A stretch of DNA of 56,961 nt, counting the filler, from Bipalium vagum (lineage: Eukaryota), in the NCBI GenBank assembly GCA_037834085.1. It is 3 parts of 3 records of this genome, joined end to end, with 100 filler letters (N's around TTAATTAATTAA, not from the genome) between each part and the next. Parts side by side here need not be neighbours in the genome. Positions count along the whole stretch, not along the records: positions 40,430 to 56,961 come from JBBMKC010106772.1; 2 more parts are not named here. One strand, written 5' to 3'. The position numbers were made by a program, and so were the translations under genes. The notes under the pieces were generated by a model. It worked only from the letters and a program-made list of their open reading frames with translations, had not been told where the DNA came from and did no database searches. Within the stretch, counting starts at the first letter, position 1; the number at the start of each line of letters is the position of its first letter. This document shows positions 40,545 to 52,656 of this stretch, one piece after another.

Positions 40545-41200
40545 TAGTTTTTACGTTTAGCGCACATTCACATATTCTCAAAATTTTTTTGCGGATGTCG
40601 CTATTATCAGGATCAACAAAATAATGCTGATGCACCACAATACTGTGCATATATATATGACTTCTTCGATCTTTGAAATATGTTTATTCACAAGCAAAAC
40701 ATCCGACACATTGAGTATAGATATCCTAATCAAAGGATCTAATTTAGCTTAAGTTCGATCGGGAACATCGATAAGGAAGCACTTTCCCGACTCACGCTCA
40801 ATGCCACCGAACACACAGTGTTCTTCTTTCCACTGGCCTCGATGATATTTCTAATGGAACTATTTAGTTTCGTCTATTTCCACTACTATTGGCAAACCGA
40901 TGTCATCCGGATTATTTTCCATTGACACCTTAAACTCATCGATCATAAAGTAGCTCCAATCAACAACGATATGGTCTTCTACGACATTAGCCTCGCGTTT
41001 CATAATACTTGTAATAAATCCAGAGCCCAAACATCAATCATGACGATAATTTTTTTCATAGTTATATGGGTTCTTTAGAAAAAGATCCATATCTAATTGA
41101 TTTCTGGGTTTTACAGTACCACCTTTTACCATCGATACCATTGAAGTGCATGTTAATATGGTATGGTTAACCACATGTCACATTGGACATTATTTTCTAT
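40545..41200 (-). mobile_element. Merlin (IS1016/IS1595-like DDE) transposase remnant
   Basis: Minus strand reads VVEIDETK*..KYHRG..VFGGIERESGKCFLIDVPDRT..HQHYFVDP, the characteristic Merlin catalytic core, with stops. Confidence 0.85.
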
Positions 41201-41569
41201 TAAACAAAGTTTGACTAACCAAAGACTGGATCTGACCGTCCTTCCAGAACAACAGAAAATTAAAAAGCAGATTTGATTTTGATAGTCAAAAGAAATCGTT
41301 TCAAGCCAGTGACCAAAGTTGGAAATGAATGGATAAAGATGAATAAATAATAAATTCATCATACTAATTAATTCACGAGAACGACAAAAAGGTCCTCTTT
41401 AGGGCCACAAACATTGATTGTTAATTTATTCAATTGAATTCGTAAATATTGGTTGAAAATATATTAATGGAAAGTTAAAAAATAATTCATGAAAAAGTGT
41501 ACTGGTTGTTGATATCAATACATAAATTAATCAATAAATTTTTATAGATTTTAATTATTTATATAAATG

Positions 41570-42440
41570 GAGTCTGAAGTGAATATCAGAATCCGATAAC
41601 GACCGATTAAAGAATTCTTAATTGTGTCCCGAGACCTCTCAGTCACACAAATTTATTCACAGCTGAAATTTGTGGGTATGGTTAAGTAACAAGGAGAGGT
41701 CAGACAGAAAAATCAAATGAAGGAAAGATTTACAATCTCAAAGGAAACTGGTTTTAAACTTCGTTAAAGTGATAATATCAAAAATAGTGCTCAAAATTGG
41801 TACCAAAACTTCTAACACGAGATATGATGCAAAGTTTCAAAGAAAACTTTCAGATCTCATTGAATCTTTAGATAGGTCACAGGTTGTGATGAAACTGAGA
41901 TTTATCATTGTTCTTCAAAGCATCAATCTAACAATGAACCAGATGGAAAATGTATTCGGCAATAAAAGACCATGACTTTATCTTTCATGGACATCCTTAC
42001 AAAAATTGTTCGATATTCAAGGAAAGATATTGTAAATTTTTAGAAAAACTAGAGATCAATTTCAAAAAAGAAGCTTAGTTAACATTTCATCAGAATAATA
42101 CAAGACAGATAAGTTTGTAAATTATGGATGGTCTTTGATACTTCACCCAACTTACAACTCTGAACTGATTTCACAGTATTCAATATCTTTCGTAAATTAA
42201 ACAAGTTTCTTTTCGGTACATCATTTGAAAATGAAAAATTACTTCAAGAGCATAAAGAATAGTTTAGAAACCACGATATAACATTTTACCAAGGTGCTTG
42301 TATGAATCGGGAAGAACGCTAAACTAAATATGATACCAAAGACAAGGCAGAAATATTGAACGATCCAGACATACAAAAAATAGTTAAAAGTACACATTTT
42401 CATCGCTGTTATTTATTATCATAGAAATTATTTATTGACA
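41570..42440 (+). mobile_element. Highly decayed mariner-like remnant downstream of the last mapped RPIA exon
   Basis: HQNNTRQ (HDNARPH-like) and LHPTYNSEL (PHPPYSPDL-like). Many stops. Confidence 0.5.
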
Positions 42441-42822
42441 GCCTTGTAATTATTGAAGGAATTCAATTATAAATAATAAGTTCACTCTGACAAGTTAATC
42501 ATTAGATCAATAATATACTGAATAATAATATTTACACAAAACAGAATTGTTAATCAAATATAACCACTCTATCTCTCTAACCTTTAGCAAAACCAAACTT
42601 TATGAGAAGTCTATGAAAATTAGAATCAATATTGTTTTAATCAACAAACTAATTATTGATTTAATGCCTGACCATTCTTCAGTTAAACAAACGACAATAG
42701 AATTGACAAACGTTTAATTATAATATTAGACAAAATTCATATCTAATAATTAGACAGAATAATTGAATGGATTAAAAATAATCAATAAAATTAATAATTA
42801 AAACAAGACAATAAAACCGAAC

Positions 42823-43774
42823 CATTTTATTGACGGCCGTGCGCAAGTTGACACGACCACCAAACTGATTTTCGATTTTTTTTGTAACAATTGCGTGCGC
42901 CAAAGGAATGACTTCGATCGGAATGCCTCTGTTCCACTTATCACCAAGGCGGACGGAATCTTTACTGAAAACATGATATTGAGAGGTGCCGATAAAATCT
43001 CATTTGGAAGCATTCATATCAAAAATATAAACCTATCGTCAGCAATCACGACCAAACGTTTGGCGGAATAGGCCACGATTTTTTCTTGCAAATGACAGCC
43101 GCCTCCTCCTTTGATCAGATTCAAATCATCATCTACCTCGTCAGCACCATCGAAGCATATGTCAAGCTTTCAAGAATAGAATATTAACAATTTATTCCGG
43201 GGTAAACAAATCAGTAGTGATGATATTCGAAACGATGAAAAAAAAAAATAATAATTATAATCGATAGTAATTTATAATAATCAATAATAAAATAATAATC
43301 GAAAACACGAATCACACAAATTTCAAAACGTTTCCTGTTTCATTAAAAACAAAAGATAAAAAGGGAGATATAAATATTTACAAAAGTTTCCAAATAATAC
43401 CTCGACATGTTCTTCCAGAGATATCAAAGGCAAATTATACTCCAAAATCAACGACTTCGCCTAAACACAACTTATCCTGCAATATGTGGTGAGAAACTTA
43501 CCTGATACGAAGTGGGAGCACAAAACACAACCAACTGCTCAGAGTGAACCATACTGGCTTTTGATAAAGAACGTTATCATTTACGCTTTGCAAAAATAAA
43601 AACTAACCCAATCTTTCGACGGCATATTTAATTGTCGATCCACTGCCGATTCCGATTTTTTGATTATTCTAAGTGATTTTATCACGAATGTCGTTGATTT
43701 TCAATAATTACCTCGAGATACTTCTCGATTGCTGAATAAGAGGCTGCCTTCTTTCCAATTTCTTTCAAGGTCAT
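42823..43774 (-). CDS. RPIA: Ribose-5-phosphate isomerase A; first six exons (172 aa), remaining 3' exon(s) not found before the scaffold end
   Basis: Exons 43774-43712 (ATG), 43668-43608, 43557-43502, 43460-43401, 43166-43033 and 42964-42823 splice in frame. Product: [117 protein letters not shown]. It carries the RpiA motifs GxGSGST, DGADE and KGGG. Absent from the ORF track. Confidence 0.95.
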
Positions 43775-44559
43775 TTTGTGAAATTATGAATATTAAAACA
43801 ACGATTTATAATAACTGTAATATAAATGAGCTTTATCCTTTATTCTTTTATGTAAATAAATTAATGTTGTTGTTATAATTTTATGGAATTAAACATTTGA
43901 AGTAAAATGATTTAATCATAGTTATATAATAAATTATACAGTTTTCAAAATAGAATTTTTTTTGGTTTTGATAGTTTTCTTGTAAATAATAAAATTTAAA
44001 GAAAAGAATTGTAATGAAAATTTGAAATTATGAATGAGAATATTTCTTTGGATTTTTCAATTTATTTTTATGTAAATTCAAATTTGAAAAATGTAATCAT
44101 TTGTAAAGTGGTCCAATGAGTAGTGTGTATTGGTTTTTTCAACTTGGATTTTATCTCAATGTTATGTTTATACGAAGAGACTATATAAATTAGTTTCAGG
44201 CAACGATAACAGTAACATCATTATATTCATTAGCATTGTCAATAATCTATAAAGAGTTCAGCTCTTAAAATGAATAAAAATATTTAATTATAAATTATCA
44301 ACTATCTTTGTAAAGGAAAAGAAATGTTTTTTGATTTATTTTTGTTATTATTTTGCAGCTACATGATTGTTGAGAATGTTGAGCCAGTGATTTTAAGTTT
44401 GTGAACAGATAGGGGTTTATTACTTCATTAAAATCGAAAAAAAACAAATTTCGTAAATTTTTATATTTAGTGAAATTATTTTAAAATTTTGAATTTTAAA
44501 ATCATAATAAAACAAGACTTTGTGAGCAATATCAGGAATTTCAAAATTATATAAGTGGT

Positions 44560-45496
44560 ACTTAAATACGTGGCGAGAATCATATAAAATGAAGTAAAGG
44601 AAAAACCTGTAATTTTGCGTATGAAAACTAGACACAGGAAAGAGGATTCGTAATGAGAGGAAAGAATTTGGTAATGTGAAGAGTGATAGTGAGTATGAGA
44701 AAGAGCCAGGACAAGAGACAGTTAGAAAGTTAAACAGATTCTTTAAAGAAGAATGATAATAAGGAGGAAATTGAGATAATAACGATGAATAGTTTTAAAA
44801 AACAGAGTATCAAAATATATGTAATGTGTTGAAAAAAGGTGAAGATTAACAATTGATATACAGGATCAGGAAATGAAGTGCTTTGCAGGACACAAGATGT
44901 ATGAAGTTAGAAAATATTTTAAGAATTTTAAAGTTTAGAAATACAAAGATGCATGGAAACCATAAAGACCACTAATAATAGTTCAACGAATGTTGCAAGA
45001 AAGATAATAATTGATTTGTATTTTTAAAATAGAACACAATCGATGTCATTTACTGTAGAAGCAGGTATCATCATTGGTAATTGATTGACAGAGTTTTTGA
45101 TAAAGTTTGGATTTAAGTTGATCAAAATTTCAGTGGAAATGAAGACAGATATATAATATTGAAGCAAAATTTAGAAGAGTTACTAAAGGTGGGAGGCGAC
45201 TGCTGAAACAAAAAAAGATATTAGTTATCGCCGAAGATATTGATTCTGTTAAGGAGATAAAATACTGTTAGACTTTTTAGAAAACAATGAGAAGCAATCA
45301 TGACAAATCCGAGGAAATTTGACGCTCAAATTGATAAAATACGAGATTAAAACCACTGGAGAACCAATTAACACAAGACGGTAGAGACAGTTTATGCATT
45401 TGAAAGAAAAAATTGATGAAGCAATAAATAATTAATTTTTAACGAAATAATAATAAAATATAACTTGCCATGGAACACTTCGTTAATTTGCATATG
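44560..45496 (+). mobile_element. Ty3/gypsy-like gag-pol remnant
   Basis: EIKTTGEPINTRR*RQ..KEKIDEAI..II..PWNTSLICI resembles the pre-RT region of gypsy pol (I.T.G.PI..RPYR..SPWNSP). It is preceded by purine-rich gag/protease-like sequence and cut off by the next element. Confidence 0.55.
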
Positions 45497-45850
45497 TAGG
45501 GTGACAAAAGTTCTGCGACAATTTTTTAAATAGAATATTTATAAGTGAACTCCTTTACGTTTATCAAATCTAATGAAGTTTTAATTTGTAACATACAGTA
45601 GGTATCATTTCTTATTTTTAACTAGTTAATAATTTTCCAAACTTGGAAAGTCAAAGGTGTAAAGATTGGAAGAGTAAATGATTTCAAACGACATGGTCGT
45701 TTAAGAATTGCAAAGACACCGAAAATGAAGAAAAAGGTTGCATCGAGAACTCCCAGAAATTCTCAAAGGTCCATAAGGAAAATGGCTGATAAACTTCAAA
45801 TTTCGAGAGAATCTGTGTGTTGTGTCGTTAAAAGAGACTTGGGACATTTC
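45497..45850 (+). mobile_element. 5' fragment of a DD37D/maT-like element adjoining the gypsy remnant
   Basis: Starts TAGGGTGACAAAAG. Reads HGRLRIAKTPKMKKKVASRTPRNSQRSIRKMADKLQISRESVCCVVKRDLG (second HTH typical of this group). Confidence 0.65.
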
Positions 45851-46596
45851 ACCATATCTTTTCACAGAGATTTATAATGTCCTCAGATATCCTCGAAGAA
45901 TGAAGTCGGGTCGAACCGTTTTAAGTCTCTCAACGTGCAGTACACTTGAGAAGCTTAATGTTACCATTGGTTATGGTGCTGCATAATGAGAGTTACTTTA
46001 TATTTACAATAAATTATATTTTATTATATTATTTAGCGTGATTGCACGATATAACGATAAAGGAGCTCCATGTATCACAATACTTTACTTATTTATATGT
46101 ATAATTAAAACAAAAATAAAAGACTTATCACACATTGTTGTCGAGTACATTAAAACAAATAAACATTGAGAAAAAATAAAAACCTCATGGAATAATTATC
46201 CAAAAAAAAGTGACGTGTCTATTATGGAAAAATTGCTGAGAAAAATTGACGACGAAATATTATTCACAGACGCTGAAGTCGCTGTTCGAAAGCGTAAAAA
46301 GAAACTGGTGATGCGAATCGTGAGCTGTCACGACCTCGTTATGCTGACAAGAGGCTTAGTTTAAAAGGGATAATGCGAAACAGACAGCTTCAATGCCTTT
46401 CCTAATCCCTGTGGTAAACTGTGAAAGATATATTATACCATTATTGAATTAGCTGGTGACATAGGGTGATATGTCGAGGTCGATTTGTTGAGAAAAAATT
46501 AAAAATTTAATTAATGTTAATTATATCTATGTGGAAACGTTGTCTGTTCAATTAAAATGAAATTTTAATTGGGAAAATCGGTTTTATTTAATTTTT

Positions 46597-47132
46597 AATA
46601 ATAATAATAATAATAATAAAAAATGCACATTAATTACAAGTAAAATAATTAAAATTTATTAATTAAAACAATATATTAATTAAAAGTAAAATTCAATAAT
46701 AAATGCACATTAATTAAAGGTAAAGAAATTAATTAAAAAATATTTTCATTAATTAATTAAAAGTAAAATGCAATAATAATAAATAATAATAAGTTAAAAA
46801 TAAAAAAAAATAAAAAAAAAGTAAAAAATTAATTATAAATTTAAAATTAATGAATTAAAAAAATAACTAAAATTATTTAAATAAAAGTAAAATTTAATAA
46901 TACATAACATTTATTGCAAATTAATTAAAAGTGAAATAATTAATTAAAATAAAAAATTAATGAATTAAAAAAATAATTAAAAATAAAATTCAATAATAAA
47001 TAATAATTAATGCACATTAGATAAAAGTAAATAAAAAAATAAATTAAAAAATAAGTAAAATTATTAAATTTAAAAATAATAATATAATATATATATAATA
47101 ATTAATAATATAAATGATACTATTTTTTTGAA

Positions 47133-47168
<36 letters not shown>

Positions 47169-47190
47169 TAATTTTATAAAAATAAAAAAA
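46597..47190. repeat. Degenerate, almost pure-AT minisatellite plus (AAT)n
   Basis: Recurring units AATGCACATTA, TTAAAAGTAAAA and AAAATTAATGAATTAAAAAAATAA. (AAT)n at ~47133-47163. Confidence 0.7.
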
Positions 47191-48509
47191 CAATTTATCT
47201 TCTTTTTTTATTCTTACGGTTGCCCTCATAGAACCTAGGAGTACACAAGAAAATCACAAACAATTCCATACTTCTACTTTATTACCATTCTTATTCTTTA
47301 AATTCTATTCAACCGTTGTCAGCACCTTGGATGAGAACCAATTTGAACATTAACCTTTCTACCTATGTTTAACAGCCTTGTAAGGCTCAGTGACAGCGAT
47401 GACAAACTAAAGTGGTCGGTACGCTTCATTTCATCATCAATAATTATTAAGTTATTGTTCAAATGCCGCATCTTCTTTTACTTCACAATTTTATAATTAA
47501 TCAATAATGATTTTGTGATAACGTTCTTGTTAGTTGACAATTTCTCGGAGATACCGGGTCTAAAAATCCGGGACCGTTCACATATTCATGGATCGCTTTG
47601 ACTGCGAGCTACATCCTCCGAATAATTTTCAATTTATTTCACAAAGTGGTGATTCTTTTAGTGATAACGATTGACATTTTTTGTGGAGATTATTCATTTC
47701 ACTTGTCACCTCTAGGTGCAACCCTTTAAACGAATGCTTTTCCAATCCATACTTGGAAATCATACTTGGACAATATGAAGCTGCTTATTAACTTGGGCAA
47801 TTGTAAGTCGATGTTAGTCGACTCCAAATTGTTGTCATAAACACGAAGATAGCCATGAAAAGGGGATTTTGAATGAACTATTTCATCTACCAATTTACCC
47901 AATTTATTGGGATAGTTCAGATCCTACACAGTCTTTCAGAATCGGGGAACAAATTGAAGATTAGTATCACCAGAATTGCATTTAGGAAAAAATCACCTTG
48001 GTGTCCTCTCATTGAGTGCATTCTGGGTTTTAATTTTAACAGTTAATATGTGAGGCTCAGATGCTGACACCTGTCTTTTCCTATAGAAAGCAAAGCAACA
48101 CTTTTGTAACTTATTGTCATTTGAAAGTAATGATTTAAACAAATTAATCTTAGTATTTTATAAAAGGGGTACATGAATGATCAATCGTTAAATAAATCCT
48201 TCATAAACTTTATCACAGCAATTGATCTACCTTTAATATCTACAAACCAAAAACGAACATCTTTCCGGATCACCTTTATCCTACGGTCACCTGTGACAGT
48301 GAAGGGAAAAGTGTATTCGCCTAAATCAAAGTCTAAGATTGGTTTATCAAGTTTATCAAGGACAAAACAGTCGAATCAATCTAACATGAAGACGCTAGAG
48401 ACCGGGCTCAAATGTCATCTTACAAAGGTATAAAAAATTAAGTTAATCAACAAAAATTAAACTTCTTAAAGACTTATTTATTTCGATTCAAGTTAAAATC
48501 GATTAAGCT

Positions 48510-49560
48510 TGTCAGTTTTATTCCTTTTAATCAATGCTTGGAAACTTCATCAGCTAATTCATGAGGAATTCTTAACATCCTTGGATCTATTGCAGTTTCT
48601 TCAATGTAGCAACGCAGTGTGCTTAATGCATTGTGAGCTTTTTGATTGGTCACAGATATTGATTCTGACTTATTGATATCCTCTTTGCTCATTTCTATTT
48701 CTTCTTTACAGGCTACATCTGCAACCTCTTCTTAAGTCATACAGCATTGGTAATCTGCTGTTGGTAAGATAATTATGATCCAGAACCAAACTTTTATCAA
48801 AAGTGCCTCCTTTTAAAGAATTACAAAGTAAGATGAGCTATTAATTCGCCGAGCTGTCCATTTCCTTCTTTTGACTCTAAATAAATTGATCTGTACCCAA
48901 ACCGTTTTAGAAAGTTATAACAATCACAGCTTCCTACGATCTTAGAAGAATAAATAATGCATCAAGGAAAATAAAGCTGAAAGTCTCTTTTTTATCAACG
49001 GACTCAATCTTACGACGGAGTAAAAATCGCTTTTAATGTACCTTTGGATTTTAAATAATTCTTTGGTCCATTGTCTGTTCTGACAAAGTAAAATTGGTAG
49101 AAAACATTGCAAATTAATATTATTCAGTTGAAGATTTGAAGTATGAGCGGAATAATGATCGAGAAATATTTTTCTGTTTTCTTATGAAGTTGCTAGTCCC
49201 AACCAACGACTCATGTATACTTTCAATCATCCAAGCATTACCATTAGCTGGCTATCGAAGCGAGATCCTTGCATTCTTAAAACATAGGGGATTTGTCTAT
49301 TTCCCCATAACTAGCAATTGAAGCTTTTTGTTCTTGTCATATTGGCACCAACAAATAGAATAATTCGGCCTTTGCTCGTTTTAGCAGCAGTGCAGAGTTC
49401 ATTTATGAATGAAACTGTTTTTTTGGTAATAACCGTAAAATAATCCAGTATAATCGATTTTAAAGACATCATTTGCATCTTATCTTTCTTGTAGTGCATG
49501 ATGGTGCAACATATTCAATTCTTCGAGTTTAACAGCACCAGATTCACTTTGTCTCTATTT
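48510..49560 (-). mobile_element. pogo/Tigger-like transposase remnant
   Basis: Minus strand reads SKGRIILFVGANMT, ANGNAWMI, DHYSAH and DQRII (KxR.T..AN, N.KAWM, DN..AH, QPxDQGII motifs). Confidence 0.7.
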
Positions 49561-49579
49561 AAACGTTATTGAATATCGG

Positions 49580-50500
49580 TTTAAGAATTTCTCGATCCAT
49601 CTATTGGTTGTTGTAAATTTATCTCCATAAATCTGGTAATATGGATATTCTACGGCGGAAAAAATGATCGGGCACCCAATTTTAAACATCTTAGTACGAA
49701 TTGAATTTCATGTCTTCCAGATAATGTGCCATTGAACTGAATAAATAAAAATCTGTTGGATTTATCTCTTTATAGTATGTAGGATTTCCCGTTGCAGGTC
49801 TAACATCTTTAACATTGAAGAAAGATTTGGCTTTGAACTGTCATAAAAAACGACTGCATCCATTGGCGGTTATTGTGGATTTTGTTTTAACCAATTCATC
49901 ATTTAATCTTTTTATATGATGTTGATATAGATTTCCATCTTAATTATTTTCTTCGATTTCAGAAGTTACGATCCTTTCCAAATCCAATCAAATACAAAGC
50001 ATAACTTTCTCCTTAGGGTTATTGTGCTCTTCGGTGGACGTTGATTTCTGTCCTGGATCAAGCCATGATTTCTTTAATTTAGGGCTATGAAAATAAATAA
50101 TTTTTTCATCTCCCGTAACCATTCGTCACAAAAACTCTTCTTTCTCTGTCTGGCAAGTAAAGACGTGACTATACTTAAACGATTTCTTTCACTCAAATTA
50201 TTTCCCCTCATTTTAAATTTTACTTAGCCATGTATGCTTAGTATCATATCGAAGTGTCACTCCAATCCAATCTCGCAATTCACAATCTTTAAACGTTTTT
50301 GGGTGAACTTATCTTTCTTTATCATTCAAATCTAAGGCGACTGGTTTAAATCTGGTATACCAGAATTTCCAGTTAGACAAAGATAGAGCATCATCAGCAT
50401 ATGTTTCCTGAAACAATCGATGCATTCCGTCACTAGTTTCTCTTATCGAATGAAAACATTAGTGCATATCTGAAATGTAATTTTTATCTATTCATTTATT
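49580..50500 (-). mobile_element. Decayed mariner (Mos1/mauritiana-like)
   Basis: DDALS..WYTRFK..DLNDKER..PKTFKDCEL and RMVTGDEKIIYF. Confidence 0.75.
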
Positions 50501-51239
50501 GCGCCTTCTTAAAGTGTTATTTAAACAAACAGCACTTCTAAGCCGATAACATAAACTTACATTAGATATTAAAAATAAATTGTTATTTTGATTTTATTAA
50601 AAATATACCTGGATTTATTGAGCGTGTTTACTTCAGACCAGAATTAATGTCTCCTCCTAATACAGTTGTCCCCGCCTAATTTGTGTAGAATTTTATATTT
50701 TTTTGCTTTTTGGCAGATTATATAATAAAAATTAAATGAAGCTTATCTAATCTGCTAATCTCCACATAATATGCGTTAATTGTTAAGAAGCTTATAAGAG
50801 TTTTAGATCAATGTTGTTACATTTACAATCATTTGGTTTTTTTTAAAAACATGTTTATAAAATTTTCATTTAATAAATTTGTTTAAATGATTTATTTTGA
50901 ATTAACCTTCGAAATGGGAAAGCATTTAAGTTTCAATCAATAACAGGAAATAAAACAATACAAGAAAACGTTTAAGAAAACAACCCACACTGAAATGTTA
51001 TTTTGATGGAAAATTAGAAAAATTGATGAATTTTTTGCGACAGGTAATACAAGAGCTGGAACAAAGAAAATTATACAACCAGCAGATCAAAACTTGAAGA
51101 AAGCTTTAGAATTGTCGTGTGATATTTATATTAATTTATTGATTTTGTATTTGTTTTATTATTAATTTTCATTGATTAATAAAATCTATTAAAAGATGTC
51201 TGAAGTTGTTGAAATCGCAGCTAATAATAATAATGGGGT

Positions 51240-51672
51240 GGTCAATAAGTCTGGGAAAATATCCAGCATTGGTAAATCAAAAGAGAATACTATTTCAGCG
51301 TTTCAAACCAAAATTACACACTGCCAAGAAAACAAAGGAAAAATTAAAAGGATTGGATGCTTTTGAACTTTTACCACATCTAACTTACAGTCCAGATCTC
51401 GAGCCACCAGACTATCATCTTTTCAGGTCTATGGTACATCTATACTAGAATACTGTTTCAATAATTTGAATGAGATAGAAAAAGGATGCCAAGACTTTTT
51501 CAGCTCCAAAGACAAAGACCGGTATCAACGCGGGATCCAATAATTTGCCGATAGATGGATTCAAAATATTAATTCAAATGGTTTTATTTTGAGGCTTAAT
51601 AAATATTTGTTCTTGTTCTATTTTGTTTTAATTTTTGAATAAAAATACGAAGACTTGTGGACCACCACAATA
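51240..51672 (+). mobile_element. Mariner 3' fragment
   Basis: KPKLHTAKKTKEKL..LLPHLTYSPDLEPPDYHLFRSM, with a TIR-like end at ~51641-51672. Resembles the copy at 12690-13690. Confidence 0.8.
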
Positions 51673-52069
51673 TATAAAATTATAATATAAAATATTAATA
51701 AAATATGAAAATATTATTTTAAAATAATTTATGCAGTTTACGATTCGCTAAAATGAGAATAAAATTATTTAATTGTATAAAATTTCGAATAAGTTAAAAT
51801 ATCTTCACACGTTTTCGGTAAAATTTTGTTACATTTCGATAAAAATTTGTTGCGATTTTCCAATAATTAGGCCATCTTGTATTTAATGATTCTATACGGA
51901 CCTTATTAGCGATCTCTTTCGGTGTTTAATTTTTAAATTTTAACACTTGTTATTTTTATTTTAATTATTTTCTATTTAATTAATTTTGGCAATTCTACAC
52001 GCCTTTTTGTTTTGTTTTTTTTTCATTTAAATTGTATTAGGTTGGTGAATTAATTTGGTTCGTTTTTTG

Positions 52070-52390
52070 TAAATAAAAAAAGTTCCCATACACTAAATAA
52101 AGTGTTCTCCGTTGCTTACTATTATTTTTCCCCATCTTACTGACAGTTGTCAGAATCTTTGGCGGAAAAGCAACTCGTCTTTCCAAGTAATTCATTCATT
52201 GAGTCATTTTCATATTTCTTCATAATTGTTGAGGAGCTGCTTAAAATGTCTGCATGCCATCGATCAAAACAAATGATAGTCATCAGAACAAGGCCTGGTG
52301 AATATAACGGGTGTGGTAAAACATCCTAAACAAGATCTTCCAAAAGGGCCTTCACAATTTTGCAACTTGAGAGCGTTAATTTTCTCGTCT
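52070..52390 (-). mobile_element. Mariner 3' fragment just upstream of the TRAF-like gene
   Basis: Minus strand reads DVLPHPLYSPGL..DYHLF*SM..LSVRWEKIIVSNGEHF. Confidence 0.75.
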
Positions 52391-52656
52391 AAATTCTTTA
52401 AATTTTCTTTATATAAAATGTGTTTTGAATTTGGTTATCTAAATGTTTTAATAAATGATTAATAACTTGTTTATTTTTAATAAATATGAAAAATCGATGT
52501 GGTCGGTGAATGATGATCAACAATGCATATAATTAATAATAGTAATAATATTATTAATAATAATAAATATAATAATAAAATATAATATTCTGAAATAAGT
52601 TAAATTATAATGACCTTGAATATATTGATAAAAAATATTTCATCAATAATACTTTA

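Noticed and set aside
23989-43774. Alternative genetic code or readthrough to explain the fragmented Ig ORFs
   Set aside because: All breaks are explained by GT-AG introns, and the spliced products are stop-free in the standard code.
46597-47190. CRISPR-like repeat-spacer array
   Set aside because: Units are degenerate, nearly pure AT and irregularly spaced. The context is eukaryotic with no cas genes.
47044-47229. Poly-Tyr ORF
   Set aside because: Translation of an (AAT)n microsatellite.
47230-48430. GC-richer stretch that might be a retroelement or exon cluster (includes ORF 48173-48433)
   Set aside because: I could not recognise a protein motif or a consistent splice pattern on either strand, so it is left uncalled.
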